The position numbers and the translations under genes are program-made. Of a DNA stretch of 61,944 bases, positions 1-9,668 are shown piece after piece. The notes below the pieces were generated by a model. That model had not been told where the DNA came from, did no database searches, and worked only from the letters and a program-made list of their open reading frames with translations. Position 1 is the first letter of the stretch, and each line of letters starts with the position of its first letter. Source of the stretch: a virus. Its lineage: Duplodnaviria; Caudoviricetes. Where the stretch lies: positions 1 to 61,944 of IMG/VR virus record IMGVR_UViG_3300036768_001294; one strand, written 5' to 3'.

Positions 1-2
1 CT

Positions 3-422
3 GCAAATTCTCTTCGCCGCGACCATATCGGCGAGGGCGAGCCTATTTTTACTGCTGCACGCGGTGCACTAGCGATGGCTTCCGCCACGCGCGTTAATGA
101 ATGGCGTCTCAAAGTGCCTGATAATTCCAGTCTTACGCGCGTTGATGTCATGTATGGTACGGCGCCGTCATCATCTCGTCTATTCAAAATGAAAGTATGG
201 TCTTTAGCCAGTGGCAATGTCGCGTCTCAATTCGTGGCAAAAGGATACTGCCAAGCCACAATGGCGGGGACTTCTGTGCTCAGCTTCCCGCTTAAAGTTC
301 TCTCCACGGTCACGCTTCCGGCTGGGAGTGTCCTAGCTTTCTCCATGGTCACCGGGAATCCTACCAGCACAGCCGGTGTGAGATTAGCTGTGTATTTAAC
401 GAAAGGGTTTGCCCAGGCTTAA
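3..422 (+). CDS. Small S/T/A/G-rich virion-type protein, probably 5'-truncated; paralog of 449..913
   Basis: Frame is open from position 3 (ANSLRRDHIGEGEPIFTAARG...) through the track start at 75; aligns by eye with 449..913 (NEW/DNW, YGTA/FGTA, KG, LSF/IRF). Confidence 0.6.
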   Translation, partial: ANSLRRDHIGEGEPIFTAARGALAMASATRVNEWRLKVPDNSSLTRVDVMYGTAPSSSRLFKMKVWSLASGNVASQFVAKGYCQATMAGTSVLSFPLKVLSTVTLPAGSVLAFSMVTGNPTSTAGVRLAVYLTKGFAQA

Positions 423-448
423 TAGGGACTATGAGTAGGAGTTAGCGT

Positions 449-913
449 ATGGGGGCTTCTCATCTCTCAGGGCCGCTGACAGTTGCCCAGGGAATCGCCA
501 CGGGCGGCGTTTTTGCTCGAAGCCTGGCCACGACCAGCAGCGGCCCCATGTTTTCCGTAGCCTTGAGCCGGAGCGTGTCCACCCATGTGGCAGCTAGCGG
601 CGCAATCCTGGATAATTGGGTCTTTGCTCCATCCAGGAATATTGCAATTCGTGAGATTGCCATTTTATTTGGGACGGCTGCTCAGGGTGGGAATTTTGGC
701 ATTAAAATGTTCGGCTTTTCAGCTGCTGTTGGCACCCTGACAAGCAAGGGCGTGGTCAACACTAGTGTGGCTGGTGGCCGAAAAGTCATTCGATTTACTG
801 GCTTGTCGGTGACTTGCAACACTGGCAGAGCCTTCGGCATTGCGGTCAGTGCCGTTGGCTCAACAGCACCTGGTCGGGGTGGAAAGGTTACGTTGCACTA
901 CACATATCAGTGA
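449..913 (+). CDS. Putative virion (capsid decoration-like) protein
   Basis: RBS AGGAG at 437; N-terminus MGASHLSGPL resembles the SxFSGP start of small phage head-module proteins; followed by a terminator. Confidence 0.55.
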   Translation: MGASHLSGPLTVAQGIATGGVFARSLATTSSGPMFSVALSRSVSTHVAASGAILDNWVFAPSRNIAIREIAILFGTAAQGGNFGIKMFGFSAAVGTLTSKGVVNTSVAGGRKVIRFTGLSVTCNTGRAFGIAVSAVGSTAPGRGGKVTLHYTYQ

Positions 914-944
914 TGATTCTTCAGTGGGCTGCTGCTCTTCAGCG

Positions 945-982
945 AAGGCCGGTGCCGCTGTAGCGGCCCCGGCCTTTTTTCT
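945..982 (+). terminator. Rho-independent terminator
   Basis: AAGGCCGG-TGCCGCT-GT-AGCGGC-CCCGGCC hairpin followed by T7. Confidence 0.8.
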
Positions 983-994
983 TAGAGGTGTATA

Positions 995-1318
995 ATGCAG
1001 AGTTTCTTAAGTAACATGGGAGTCTTGGTGATTACCGCCGGTGCCACATCAAGTCAGCTCCTTTCCAACTTTCGTGATGCACGGGCTATCGGCATTTTTG
1101 CGGGTTCGACTGCGCATACAGGTACGATTAAGGTACAAGTTTCTCCTGTAAGTGGTTTGACTCTGCGTGACTTGACATCGGCTGGCAGCGATGTTGTGAT
1201 TCAGGCAGGCAAGTGCGTCGTGATCACCGAGGTTGTCTTTGAGCAGATTCGCTTGATCTCATCGCTTCCTGAAGGCGCTTCTCGTTATTTCGGAGTCATG
1301 AAGCGCTGGGAGGGGTAA
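995..1318 (+). CDS. Hypothetical small beta-rich virion protein
   Basis: RBS GAGG; 107 aa; late-module context. Confidence 0.6.
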   Translation: MQSFLSNMGVLVITAGATSSQLLSNFRDARAIGIFAGSTAHTGTIKVQVSPVSGLTLRDLTSAGSDVVIQAGKCVVITEVVFEQIRLISSLPEGASRYFGVMKRWEG

Positions 1319-1322
1319 AAAG

Positions 1323-2555
1323 TTGTCCCGCAAACGGCAACACTATATAAGCCGCTATCACAAAGTTCACGCGATAAGTACGGCTGGCATAAGTCCAGCC
1401 ATGATCTTGGATAGGAAAAAGCAAACATTAGTGCCATTTTATGATGAAGAATGGATGACTTTGCCGGATGGGCTGATCATTCCAGTACCAAGTGGCGGTA
1501 TCTTTAGTGGAAGACAGATTCCCGTTTTGAGTTTTGGCATTAGCGGCACTACAGCGGGTGCACAGACCATCATCGCCCTGAATAATGCTTATGTAGCTGG
1601 GACATCTGGCAATGCTATTGCCGCTAGGATCTCACTAGACAGAAATCGAACACTTACAGATATTCTTTTTCATATTACAAGCTATACGGGCACAGCAAGT
1701 TTAGTCACAAGCATTAACTGGGAAATTAGAACGGGATCATTTTCAGCACCAACGACTGCTCCAGCTGGATTGATTGCCAGTGGTGTGATCGATCCACAAT
1801 CGGCAACCGGTTGGATTAACATTAGCGGTTTAAATGTCAGTCTCACGGGTGGTCAGTTTATCTGGATTATCATTGCCGATGCCGACGGCAGTGCAGTTAA
1901 TTTCGCAAACGTCCTCCAATTCAATAATAGTTCCTTGGTCGGCGGCATACAAACCGCATCTCTTTGTATGACGGCTACGACGACCAATGGTTTTGTAGCC
2001 ACATCATTATCCAACCAGCCAGCCTGTATTGTGACGCGCTATTCGGACGGAGCAACCTTTGGATCACCAATCACATCAGTGGCTGGCAGTGCCTCCTCAA
2101 CAAATCGTCGTGGCCTCTTCATGTCCGATGGTTTTTCTGGAGTTGTCGATATTTTTGCCGTAGCTGGTACAGCTAGTGCACTTTACAATGGTGCCGAAAT
2201 CATTGCCGATAGCAACACTCCAGGCGGATCCACACTCGGCTCTGCCAGCACGATGATTGCTTTTTCAACAGCATTATCTGGGGCCATCTTTAATCCACCT
2301 GTGCGAGTAGGGGCTAGGACGCCAATTCGCGCCGTGCTTACAGTTTCCGGTGCGGCAACTACTCCCAATAAAGCGAGCATCGGCACAGGAAGCAATGCGA
2401 TTTTGCGTTCAGCCATGCTTGGCGGCGGGAAGTGGTATTGGGCCGAATCAAATGGACTCATCGACTGGAGTAACGATGATATCAATGCTTGGCCGTTCTT
2501 GATGCTCATCGTCGATGATATTTCAGTGGCTGGAGCGCTCACATTAATCACTTAA
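1323..2555 (+). CDS. Putative virion/fibre-associated protein (S/T/G/A-rich beta-sandwich)
   Basis: 410-aa ORF; composition typical of structural proteins; start uncertain. Confidence 0.55.
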   Translation: MSRKRQHYISRYHKVHAISTAGISPAMILDRKKQTLVPFYDEEWMTLPDGLIIPVPSGGIFSGRQIPVLSFGISGTTAGAQTIIALNNAYVAGTSGNAIAARISLDRNRTLTDILFHITSYTGTASLVTSINWEIRTGSFSAPTTAPAGLIASGVIDPQSATGWINISGLNVSLTGGQFIWIIIADADGSAVNFANVLQFNNSSLVGGIQTASLCMTATTTNGFVATSLSNQPACIVTRYSDGATFGSPITSVAGSASSTNRRGLFMSDGFSGVVDIFAVAGTASALYNGAEIIADSNTPGGSTLGSASTMIAFSTALSGAIFNPPVRVGARTPIRAVLTVSGAATTPNKASIGTGSNAILRSAMLGGGKWYWAESNGLIDWSNDDINAWPFLMLIVDDISVAGALTLIT

Positions 2556-2587
2556 ACAGCATCACACCTATTATAGAGCCAATTGAA

Positions 2588-3541
2588 ATGCCAAAATTAA
2601 AAATCATGAGCTTGTCAGGTACGCAAACACCCGTCGATGATGCCGTGCTTGATATGCCATATGTTTTTGGTGTATCGATCCGCCAACTTTGGTCAAATAT
2701 TGAGCTGGCTCCTGGAGTATTTGACTGGACATTTCTCGATAGCGAAATTTCACGGATTCGGGCAAAAAGTAAAAAAGTGATGTTACGACCAGTTATGGGT
2801 GGTCAGAATGTTCCATCATGGCTATTCAGTCTTGGTGCTACGTCATACTCAACTATTGGTCCAGACGGAACACGCACGACAATTGTTCCATGGTGGGATG
2901 CTGTTTATATGGGGCGAGCCAAACTCTTTTTAGGGGCGCTTGGTACTCGGTATAAAACAAAAGTTCATACATTGGCCGTTCCCATTGGAAATACATTTAC
3001 AGCAGAAATGAATATATGGGCAAATGCTAATGATGGGGATCTTGACGAATTGATGGCTCTTGGATATAGTTTCGATGGAATGATTAATGCCTTTGTTGAT
3101 CTCTTAACATCAGCATCCAATGCCTTTCCAAATTCATTGTGCACCGTTGCTATTGGTCCAGCTTCAGCGGATCTTGTTGGGGCTGATCGCTATTTGCCAG
3201 CGAAGACGCTATGGCAGAAAGCATCTCCCATCCTGGGATCTTTGTTATATTTCCAGGGTAATGATGTGCAATACTATGCACCACTGGTTGATAAACCATC
3301 TGAACGCTGGAAGGTGCTGCAATCAGTGAGCCCGCAAGTGGGTGGCCAGATGCTTTGGTTTGTCAGCGGTGACACGTCATATCGTATGGCCCAGGGAAAC
3401 AGCACCATTCCTCCCGAAGATGTGCTTAGGCAGGCTATCCAGAACGGTGTGAATTTCCATACCCGTCATCTTGAGATCTACCAGCGCGATGTCCTAGCAT
3501 TTCCATCCATTATTCAATGGGGTTCCCAGCTTGTGGTGTAA
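2588..3541 (+). CDS. Glycoside hydrolase, GH42/beta-galactosidase-like TIM barrel
   Basis: WSNIELAPGVFDWTFLD, KKVMLR, PSW and PWWDAVY motifs typical of clan GH-A N-terminal regions. Confidence 0.65.
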   Translation: MPKLKIMSLSGTQTPVDDAVLDMPYVFGVSIRQLWSNIELAPGVFDWTFLDSEISRIRAKSKKVMLRPVMGGQNVPSWLFSLGATSYSTIGPDGTRTTIVPWWDAVYMGRAKLFLGALGTRYKTKVHTLAVPIGNTFTAEMNIWANANDGDLDELMALGYSFDGMINAFVDLLTSASNAFPNSLCTVAIGPASADLVGADRYLPAKTLWQKASPILGSLLYFQGNDVQYYAPLVDKPSERWKVLQSVSPQVGGQMLWFVSGDTSYRMAQGNSTIPPEDVLRQAIQNGVNFHTRHLEIYQRDVLAFPSIIQWGSQLVV

Positions 3542-3549
3542 ATTAGGAG

Positions 3550-3951
3550 TTGACAGGGATGGAAGCACTCTTTCCCAGAGTCTTACTGAGCAATAGATCG
3601 CTCAATGGAACGTCGGTGGTAACCTCGCCGGCAATTGATCTACGTTTTGCTGTGCGACCAGAGTCCTTATTGCTATTGGCAAGCAAGTCAGGTGGAACAG
3701 CCAACCTTAGTGTGCGATACGCGATTAGTCTCGATGGAAAGACTGTTGATGGCAGCTATCTGGCAAATCGCCCGCTTGTTGATACCCTACAGGGTGACTT
3801 TCCCAATAGTGCGAAAGTCTGGAATGCCATTGCCCTCCCAAATTTTCTTGCCCCCTATCTCTTTCTACAATTTCGCGGCGTAACAGGTAATCCAGCCACG
3901 GGTGTCTTTGTCAGTGCTACTATTTACATCCGTGAAGAGCTTAGGGATTGA
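3550..3951 (+). CDS. Hypothetical virion protein
   Basis: RBS AGGAG; 133 aa; stop overlaps next start. Confidence 0.55.
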   Translation: MTGMEALFPRVLLSNRSLNGTSVVTSPAIDLRFAVRPESLLLLASKSGGTANLSVRYAISLDGKTVDGSYLANRPLVDTLQGDFPNSAKVWNAIALPNFLAPYLFLQFRGVTGNPATGVFVSATIYIREELRD

Positions 3952-6212
3952 GATTCAGCATGTCACGATATATGTGTAAGCTTACCCCGATTTTCTGGAG
4001 TCTTTTCAGCCTAATTTTCATCATCCATAATGCCAATGCTAGCCATATTCACTCAACGAGAGCAGAGCAGACGTTAGAGGAGATGATAGGAAATTCCGGG
4101 ACCATTGAACGCCTGATTATCACGGGGCAGGGCAGCGACACAGTCAGCAAACCCAATGAAGGCAAGCTCATCTATGATCGCAATAATCAGTGCTTTGCTA
4201 CCTCTGAAAATGGTGGACCATATGGTTGTTTGTCAAAGGGTGGCTCTGGGGGCTCATTTGCACCGATAGACGCTACATATATCACCCAAACCCCCAATGC
4301 TACATTGACGAATGAGCAAGCCCTTTCTTTGCTTGGGACTGGTGCATTGATCAATACCACTGGGACCGGCGTCCTGAGCATTTACGGCGGGGCATCATGT
4401 ACCAATCAATTTATCCGCGCCCTCAATCCCTCAATCACCGCCACCTGTTCCTCGGTTTCGCTTACGTCGGATGTCACGGGCACCCTGGCTATTGCAAATG
4501 GTGGCACAGGTCAGACAACGGCGTCGGCGGCCTTCAACGCACTGTCGCCAATGACGACCCTAGGCGACATAATTTATGGAGGATCTTCTGGGTCTGGAAC
4601 ACGCTTGGCTGGGAATACGACTACGACACGCAAGTTTTTGCGCCAGGTTGGTAATGGAGTATCCTCAAGCGCTCCAGACTGGGATACCATAACAGCAGCT
4701 GATGTGCCGGGATCTGCACTGACGAAGTTTGACGATACCAACGTAACGCTCACACTTGGCGGCTCGCCTAATACAGCTCTCCTTAATGCCGCATCTATCA
4801 CAGTAGGATGGACAGGACAGCTTTCCGTTCCACGGGGCGGGACAGGGGCCAGCTCTATCTCGGGCTTGGTCCTTGGCAATGGTACTTCAGCCATGACTGC
4901 CTATGGGGGAACAAGTTGTTCCAATCAGTTTCCTCGAAGCCTTAATGCCTCTGGAGTCGCTACCTGTAACAGTGTATCCCTCACAGACGATGTCACGGGC
5001 ATCCTTGGAGTGGCCAATGGCGGGACAGGGTCATCATCTTTCACCGCCGGCTCCATTATTTTCTCAGACGGGTCTATCCTAACGCAAAACAATGCCGAAC
5101 TATTTTGGGACAATGCCAATAAGCGCCTCGGCATTGGCACGACATCGCTGACAGGCAAAGTGGGCATTTCAGCTTCAAGGACCGAGACAGACCTCAATGC
5201 TGATCCAGCAGAAGTATTGATATCAACAACTTGGAATCCATCTGGCACAGGAACAGGCTCACTTATTGGGACAAAATCTTCTGTAGACACTGCCGGTGCT
5301 CAAAATCTTGGTAGAATTATAGGTTTCCTATCATCTCCTTCACATAGCGGTACTGGTACTCTTAGCAACTTGTACGGTATATATAGTACTCCAACAGTTA
5401 ACTCGGGTGCTGGTCCGGTAACCAATATCATTTCAATGTATTTCATTACTGCAAATAGCAGTACGTCCACAGTAACAAATATGGAGGGTGTGCGAATAGA
5501 CATTAATAAGTTTACAAGTGGTCCGGTGACAAACGCCAAGGCTTTATATATTCGAAGTGGATTTCAGGGTGTCACAGGCACAAAGCATAGCATTTATGTT
5601 GAAGACACTAATGCATTAAACTATTTTGGTGGCAATGTTGGCCTCGCAACGACCAGCCCAACACAATTGTTATCACTAGGAGGCAATGCTGCTCGAACTA
5701 TCTGGATGGAACGGCATACTACAGCGAACACAGCTGGAAATAGCCTAACGATTCAGGCAGGTGGAGCAACTGTTGGAGCGACTGATAAGGCTGCGGGAGA
5801 TTTGATTTTAGCACCCGGTATTTCCACAGGGAATCAGGGTGGTAAGGTACAGATTCAAAGCACTCTTAAGGGTGCATCCGGCACAACTGATCACAATCCA
5901 GTCACACATTTTCAGATTACGCAAGGACACATAGAAACACTTGGAACGGCACCGACTCTTTCAGCTGGATGTGGCACTGGTGCAACCATTGTTGGGAATG
6001 ACAATAATGGCACGATCACAACGAATGCAACGAGCTTTGGCACATGTACGGTGACTTTCGCTAGAGCTTGGACAAATGTGCCGCAGTGTGTCTTGAATAA
6101 TAGGTCATCAGCTGGAGTGACTCGTGTAACCTCGCCTTCGACAACAGCATTTACAGTAACAGGAGCTACTGGTGGCGATATCATAGACTATAGCTGCCGT
6201 GGACAATCATAG
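3948..6212 (+). CDS. Tail fibre / long S/T/G-rich virion protein
   Basis: Repeated GTLAIANGGTG / GQLSVPRGGTG / GILGVANGGTG motifs, FWDNANKRLGIGTT and GNVGLATTSP fibre motifs; two internal SCxNQFxRxLN repeats. Confidence 0.75.
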   Translation: MRFSMSRYMCKLTPIFWSLFSLIFIIHNANASHIHSTRAEQTLEEMIGNSGTIERLIITGQGSDTVSKPNEGKLIYDRNNQCFATSENGGPYGCLSKGGSGGSFAPIDATYITQTPNATLTNEQALSLLGTGALINTTGTGVLSIYGGASCTNQFIRALNPSITATCSSVSLTSDVTGTLAIANGGTGQTTASAAFNALSPMTTLGDIIYGGSSGSGTRLAGNTTTTRKFLRQVGNGVSSSAPDWDTITAADVPGSALTKFDDTNVTLTLGGSPNTALLNAASITVGWTGQLSVPRGGTGASSISGLVLGNGTSAMTAYGGTSCSNQFPRSLNASGVATCNSVSLTDDVTGILGVANGGTGSSSFTAGSIIFSDGSILTQNNAELFWDNANKRLGIGTTSLTGKVGISASRTETDLNADPAEVLISTTWNPSGTGTGSLIGTKSSVDTAGAQNLGRIIGFLSSPSHSGTGTLSNLYGIYSTPTVNSGAGPVTNIISMYFITANSSTSTVTNMEGVRIDINKFTSGPVTNAKALYIRSGFQGVTGTKHSIYVEDTNALNYFGGNVGLATTSPTQLLSLGGNAARTIWMERHTTANTAGNSLTIQAGGATVGATDKAAGDLILAPGISTGNQGGKVQIQSTLKGASGTTDHNPVTHFQITQGHIETLGTAPTLSAGCGTGATIVGNDNNGTITTNATSFGTCTVTFARAWTNVPQCVLNNRSSAGVTRVTSPSTTAFTVTGATGGDIIDYSCRGQS

Positions 6213-6221
6213 GAGGAGAAT

Positions 6222-6539
6222 ATGCGAATATACCTTATTCTTATCATGTTAGTCAGTTATTGGTTATGTGCTCATGAAGTCATGGCTGCTAATTATTCAT
6301 ACCAAAGCACTCCAGAGGAGGATCAGGCTATCAGAGTGAAAGCCGATGAAGACGGCGTAAGTCCACAAGAAGCTTTCTCAAGAATCGTAGGGTCAGCATT
6401 AGGACAAATTTTGGATAATCTGAAAAGAAACAATGAGCAAAGAATGATGAATGATGCAAGAGCATGTACGGATCGTGGAGGTATATTCCAAGTTGATACA
6501 AGGAAAGGAGATGCTCAATGGCAGTGTATCGAGCATTAA
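6222..6539 (+). CDS. Hypothetical protein with N-terminal hydrophobic/signal segment
   Basis: RBS AGGAGG; MRIYLILIMLVSYWLCA. Confidence 0.6.
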   Translation: MRIYLILIMLVSYWLCAHEVMAANYSYQSTPEEDQAIRVKADEDGVSPQEAFSRIVGSALGQILDNLKRNNEQRMMNDARACTDRGGIFQVDTRKGDAQWQCIEH

Positions 6540-6781
6540 AACAAGCCTTTAGAGTGGGTTGTATTGGACTAGTTATGCTCACGGCAGCTTATGCACAAGA
6601 TTGTCGCGATGAACTTGCCCAAGCTCGGTCAATGATTGAAGTGCTGCGTGCTAGTCGAGATCAGTCTGAACATCTACTCTCGCAAATGTACAGCCGTCTA
6701 CAACAGGCATTGAGAGAGTTAGAATCCCTCAAGCACAAGCCCGCTGACGAGTCATCCACCCCACAAGAGCAACCCAAATAG
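6518..6781 (+). CDS. Signal-peptide + coiled-coil small protein (possibly spanin-like)
   Basis: Hydrophobic N-terminus ending AYA, then a heptad-rich helix. Confidence 0.45.
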   Translation: MAVYRALKQAFRVGCIGLVMLTAAYAQDCRDELAQARSMIEVLRASRDQSEHLLSQMYSRLQQALRELESLKHKPADESSTPQEQPK

Positions 6782-8149
6782 GTGGAAGTCACTATGCACA
6801 TTTGCTTTGTCAATCCACCAAGTCCATTTCTCATAAATGACCGTGGTGCCCCGCCATTGGGAATACTGCATTTGGCTGCAGAGTGCGATGCTGCCGGCAT
6901 GTCAGTATCATTCTGGGACATGACCGGCGATAAAAAGATCGGCAAAGCCCTTGGGGGGCGCGATGAAGATAAGCTGGAGCTGATCAAGCAAAGATTACAA
7001 TTGCTGATCGAGGCTCTCGAAGATCAAGACAATCCTATCGATCTCTTTGCAATTACTGCAACCAGCGCCCAGTATGATGCCGCTAAGCGTTTGATGTCCA
7101 TGATTCATCATGATTGGCCGAAGATTCCCATTGCCATTGGCGGACCACACGTCTCGGCTCTACCTCGGATGGCCCTTGAAGATGGATTTGATCTCGTTGT
7201 AGTCGGCGAAGCTGACATTGATTTTCCAGACTTTCTTGTCAACTATGGTAAAGATGGTCTTCGGCAACAACCATTTATCCTGACTTGTAAAAGAGAGCCA
7301 ACCGATTTAAATGCACTTCGTTACCCGCTACGCGAACTTGTGAACCTCGATAGCTACTGTGCGAATCTTACCGTTGGAGAGGGATTGGCAACAACCGTTC
7401 ACATGTCACGCGGTTGCCCATATGCTTGTGCATATTGTGTGCGGACACTTGGCTCCCTAGCGAGACGACTTCGCGTTCGCTCCATTGGCAATATTTGGAG
7501 CGAATTAACTCATCTCCGGGATACTTATGGCATTCATCGCTTTGTAGCCACCGATGATATTTGGGGCATTAAGAAAGAATGGGTGCAAGAATTTTGTGAC
7601 TGGATGGAAGGATCGCACTTTCGATTCCGTGTAAACTGCCGAGCTAATACTTTGCATAAAGAATTACTGCCTGCAATGAGGCGGGCCGGCATTACGGTCA
7701 TTTCATTTGGCTTTGAGAGCGGCTCAGAACGAGTACTCGCCGCAATTTCAAAGAATTCCGTTCAAGCCAATGAGGATGCTATAAAGGCTTGTCATGATGC
7801 TGGAATCTTAGTCAAAGCTTATCTTATTTTCGGTTTCGCAGAAGATGACGAAGCCAGCGCAGAGGCTACCAAGAAATTTATTGAGACGGCCAAGCCAGAC
7901 AGTGCTCAGATCGCTTATTTAGTACCACTACCTGGAACTCCAATCTATGAGCAAGCCATTGCAGGCGGCTGGAAGCCAAACTATAGCAGCTTATATCACA
8001 ACGGAGTCCATCATCGAGGCGGCATGAGTCGATTGCCGTGGCACACTGATAAGACAGCAGAAATTTATGAAGAACTTGTTGAATGGACCGAACGGTATTA
8101 TCAGCGAAAACAAGCTAGTCTTGAGTGTCCCATTAATCTAGGAGATTAG
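6782..8149 (+). CDS. Cobalamin-dependent radical SAM enzyme (class B methyltransferase-like)
   Basis: PPLGILHLAA, IGGPHVS and VVGEAD (B12-binding domain); SRGCPYACAYC [4Fe-4S] motif; GFESGS; PLPGTP. Confidence 0.9.
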   Translation: MEVTMHICFVNPPSPFLINDRGAPPLGILHLAAECDAAGMSVSFWDMTGDKKIGKALGGRDEDKLELIKQRLQLLIEALEDQDNPIDLFAITATSAQYDAAKRLMSMIHHDWPKIPIAIGGPHVSALPRMALEDGFDLVVVGEADIDFPDFLVNYGKDGLRQQPFILTCKREPTDLNALRYPLRELVNLDSYCANLTVGEGLATTVHMSRGCPYACAYCVRTLGSLARRLRVRSIGNIWSELTHLRDTYGIHRFVATDDIWGIKKEWVQEFCDWMEGSHFRFRVNCRANTLHKELLPAMRRAGITVISFGFESGSERVLAAISKNSVQANEDAIKACHDAGILVKAYLIFGFAEDDEASAEATKKFIETAKPDSAQIAYLVPLPGTPIYEQAIAGGWKPNYSSLYHNGVHHRGGMSRLPWHTDKTAEIYEELVEWTERYYQRKQASLECPINLGD

Positions 8150-8150
8150 A

Positions 8151-8246
8151 ATGCAGGCTTATAAAAATTGTCCCGCATGCGGGATAGGACAGCCTTATAG
8201 CTGAGGCGAAAGTTTCGTATGCCGGGTCTGCGGCTACTCAGATTAA
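8151..8246 (+). CDS. 31-codon Cys-rich minigene with in-frame TGA (MQAYKNCPACGIGQPYS-UGA-GESFVCRVCGYSD); candidate selenopeptide or broken Zn-ribbon gene
   Basis: RBS AGGAGA at 8140, ATG 8151, TGA 8202, TAA 8244; CxxC on both sides of the TGA in one frame; SECIS-like hairpin 8217-8237. Confidence 0.45.
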
Positions 8247-8259
8247 GGAAAAATTTTTC

Positions 8260-9027
8260 ATGATCTCAAAAATCTTTGCTTTTGCAATTGCCGCCATGCT
8301 CTTGATGATTCTCATGGTCGCTGGGTTATCCAGTGGTTGGTCTATTCAAGAGAGAGTCGACCAAACATATTTGACAATCAACGACAAATGCGGTGGAACA
8401 ATCATTTCAAAGAAACATAAGCTTGTATTGACTGCCGCTCATTGCATCTCGGATGATGAGCAGCAAAGTATACGCCGTGATTCTTTCAAAAATGGTCGAC
8501 ATGAAGAGCAATCGGGACAAGCCGAGATTCTTGCCAAGAATACCGATTTAGATCTGGCCATTCTTCAGATCAGCAGCAATTTCCAGATACTCAGCCAATC
8601 TTCCATCTTAGATCAGCATGAGCAAACCCTCCTCGGTGATGAGGTCTATGTCATTGGTAATCCACTAGGCCGATGGATAGCTACCGTCACCAAGGGAATC
8701 ATCTCAAATCTCTGGCGTGGAACCGAGTCAGGTCTTGACTGGGAGAATAAAGAAACACCGAGAAGGCTTTTCCAAGTTGATGCTGGCGCTTCAGGGGGGA
8801 ATTCTGGCGGCCCTGTCTATGATCGAGAAGGACATTTAATTGGCATTTTCGTTGAAAGCGCCGTTTCAGCCCAAGCCTTCTTCAATCCAATCATATCTGA
8901 GTACATCGGATTCGCCGTACATCACAGTACCATTCATAATTGGTTGAATGAGGTCTTGCCAGAAGAGCTTCTTTGTGGTATTACGTTCTACAAGCCCGAG
9001 ACATTATCAATCCTCACAACAGAATGA
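8260..9027 (+). CDS. Trypsin-like (S1) serine protease with N-terminal membrane/signal segment
   Basis: LTAAHC, DLAIL and GNSGGP catalytic-triad motifs; IGNPLG. Confidence 0.9.
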   Translation: MISKIFAFAIAAMLLMILMVAGLSSGWSIQERVDQTYLTINDKCGGTIISKKHKLVLTAAHCISDDEQQSIRRDSFKNGRHEEQSGQAEILAKNTDLDLAILQISSNFQILSQSSILDQHEQTLLGDEVYVIGNPLGRWIATVTKGIISNLWRGTESGLDWENKETPRRLFQVDAGASGGNSGGPVYDREGHLIGIFVESAVSAQAFFNPIISEYIGFAVHHSTIHNWLNEVLPEELLCGITFYKPETLSILTTE

Positions 9028-9040
9028 GATTGAGGAGTAA

Positions 9041-9238
9041 ATGACAACAGTTGACCATCTTATGTCTTGGCTTTTCGACTATCGAAACCAGGTCTTAGAG
9101 TTGCTTCCGACTTGGCTCCGTAGTCAGGTTGATGGCCTATCCCAGGATGGAAAGGAGAATAGTCATGCTATGTCTCGACCATTTCAGACGGTTTGTCGTA
9201 ACTCCAGCCCTAATGGAGGTCCCAGGGTATTACTCTGA
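9041..9238 (+). CDS. Hypothetical protein
   Basis: RBS GAGGAG; 65 aa; overlaps next gene. Confidence 0.4.
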   Translation: MTTVDHLMSWLFDYRNQVLELLPTWLRSQVDGLSQDGKENSHAMSRPFQTVCRNSSPNGGPRVLL

Positions 9239-9668
9239 TTCCGCTGTCGAGTTGCTTATCGGGACAGCCCTTATTGAAAGCAACTTAATGCTTCTCAAGC
9301 AAGGGCTAGCGAATCGATACGACGGCATGGGTGTAGCGCTGGGCCTTTATCAAATCGAGCCGGCCACACATCATGATATTTGGCTGAATTACTTGGCGGC
9401 TCGTCCCAATTTCAGCACGTATATTTCAGCTTCTGGCAAGAGGCCGGATTCGGACTTGATTACCGACCTTAAATATGCCACCAAGATTGCCAGAACGATT
9501 TATTATCGTTCACCATTGCCACTTCCCCAGGCCAATGACATTGAGGGACTCGCTAAATACTGGAAGAAAGTTTACAACACAAAAGCCGGGAAAGGTGATG
9601 CAAAAAGATTTGTAGAATTATACTCTTCACTACATCGTCTTTCCTCGCCTTCAGGAGACGGCAAATGA
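9165..9668 (+). CDS. Lysozyme-like / transglycosylase-like protein (putative endolysin)
   Basis: TALIES (catalytic Glu), GLYQIEPAT, YWKKVYNT..GKG; RBS AAGGAG before ATG 9165. Confidence 0.65.
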   Translation: MLCLDHFRRFVVTPALMEVPGYYSDSAVELLIGTALIESNLMLLKQGLANRYDGMGVALGLYQIEPATHHDIWLNYLAARPNFSTYISASGKRPDSDLITDLKYATKIARTIYYRSPLPLPQANDIEGLAKYWKKVYNTKAGKGDAKRFVELYSSLHRLSSPSGDGK

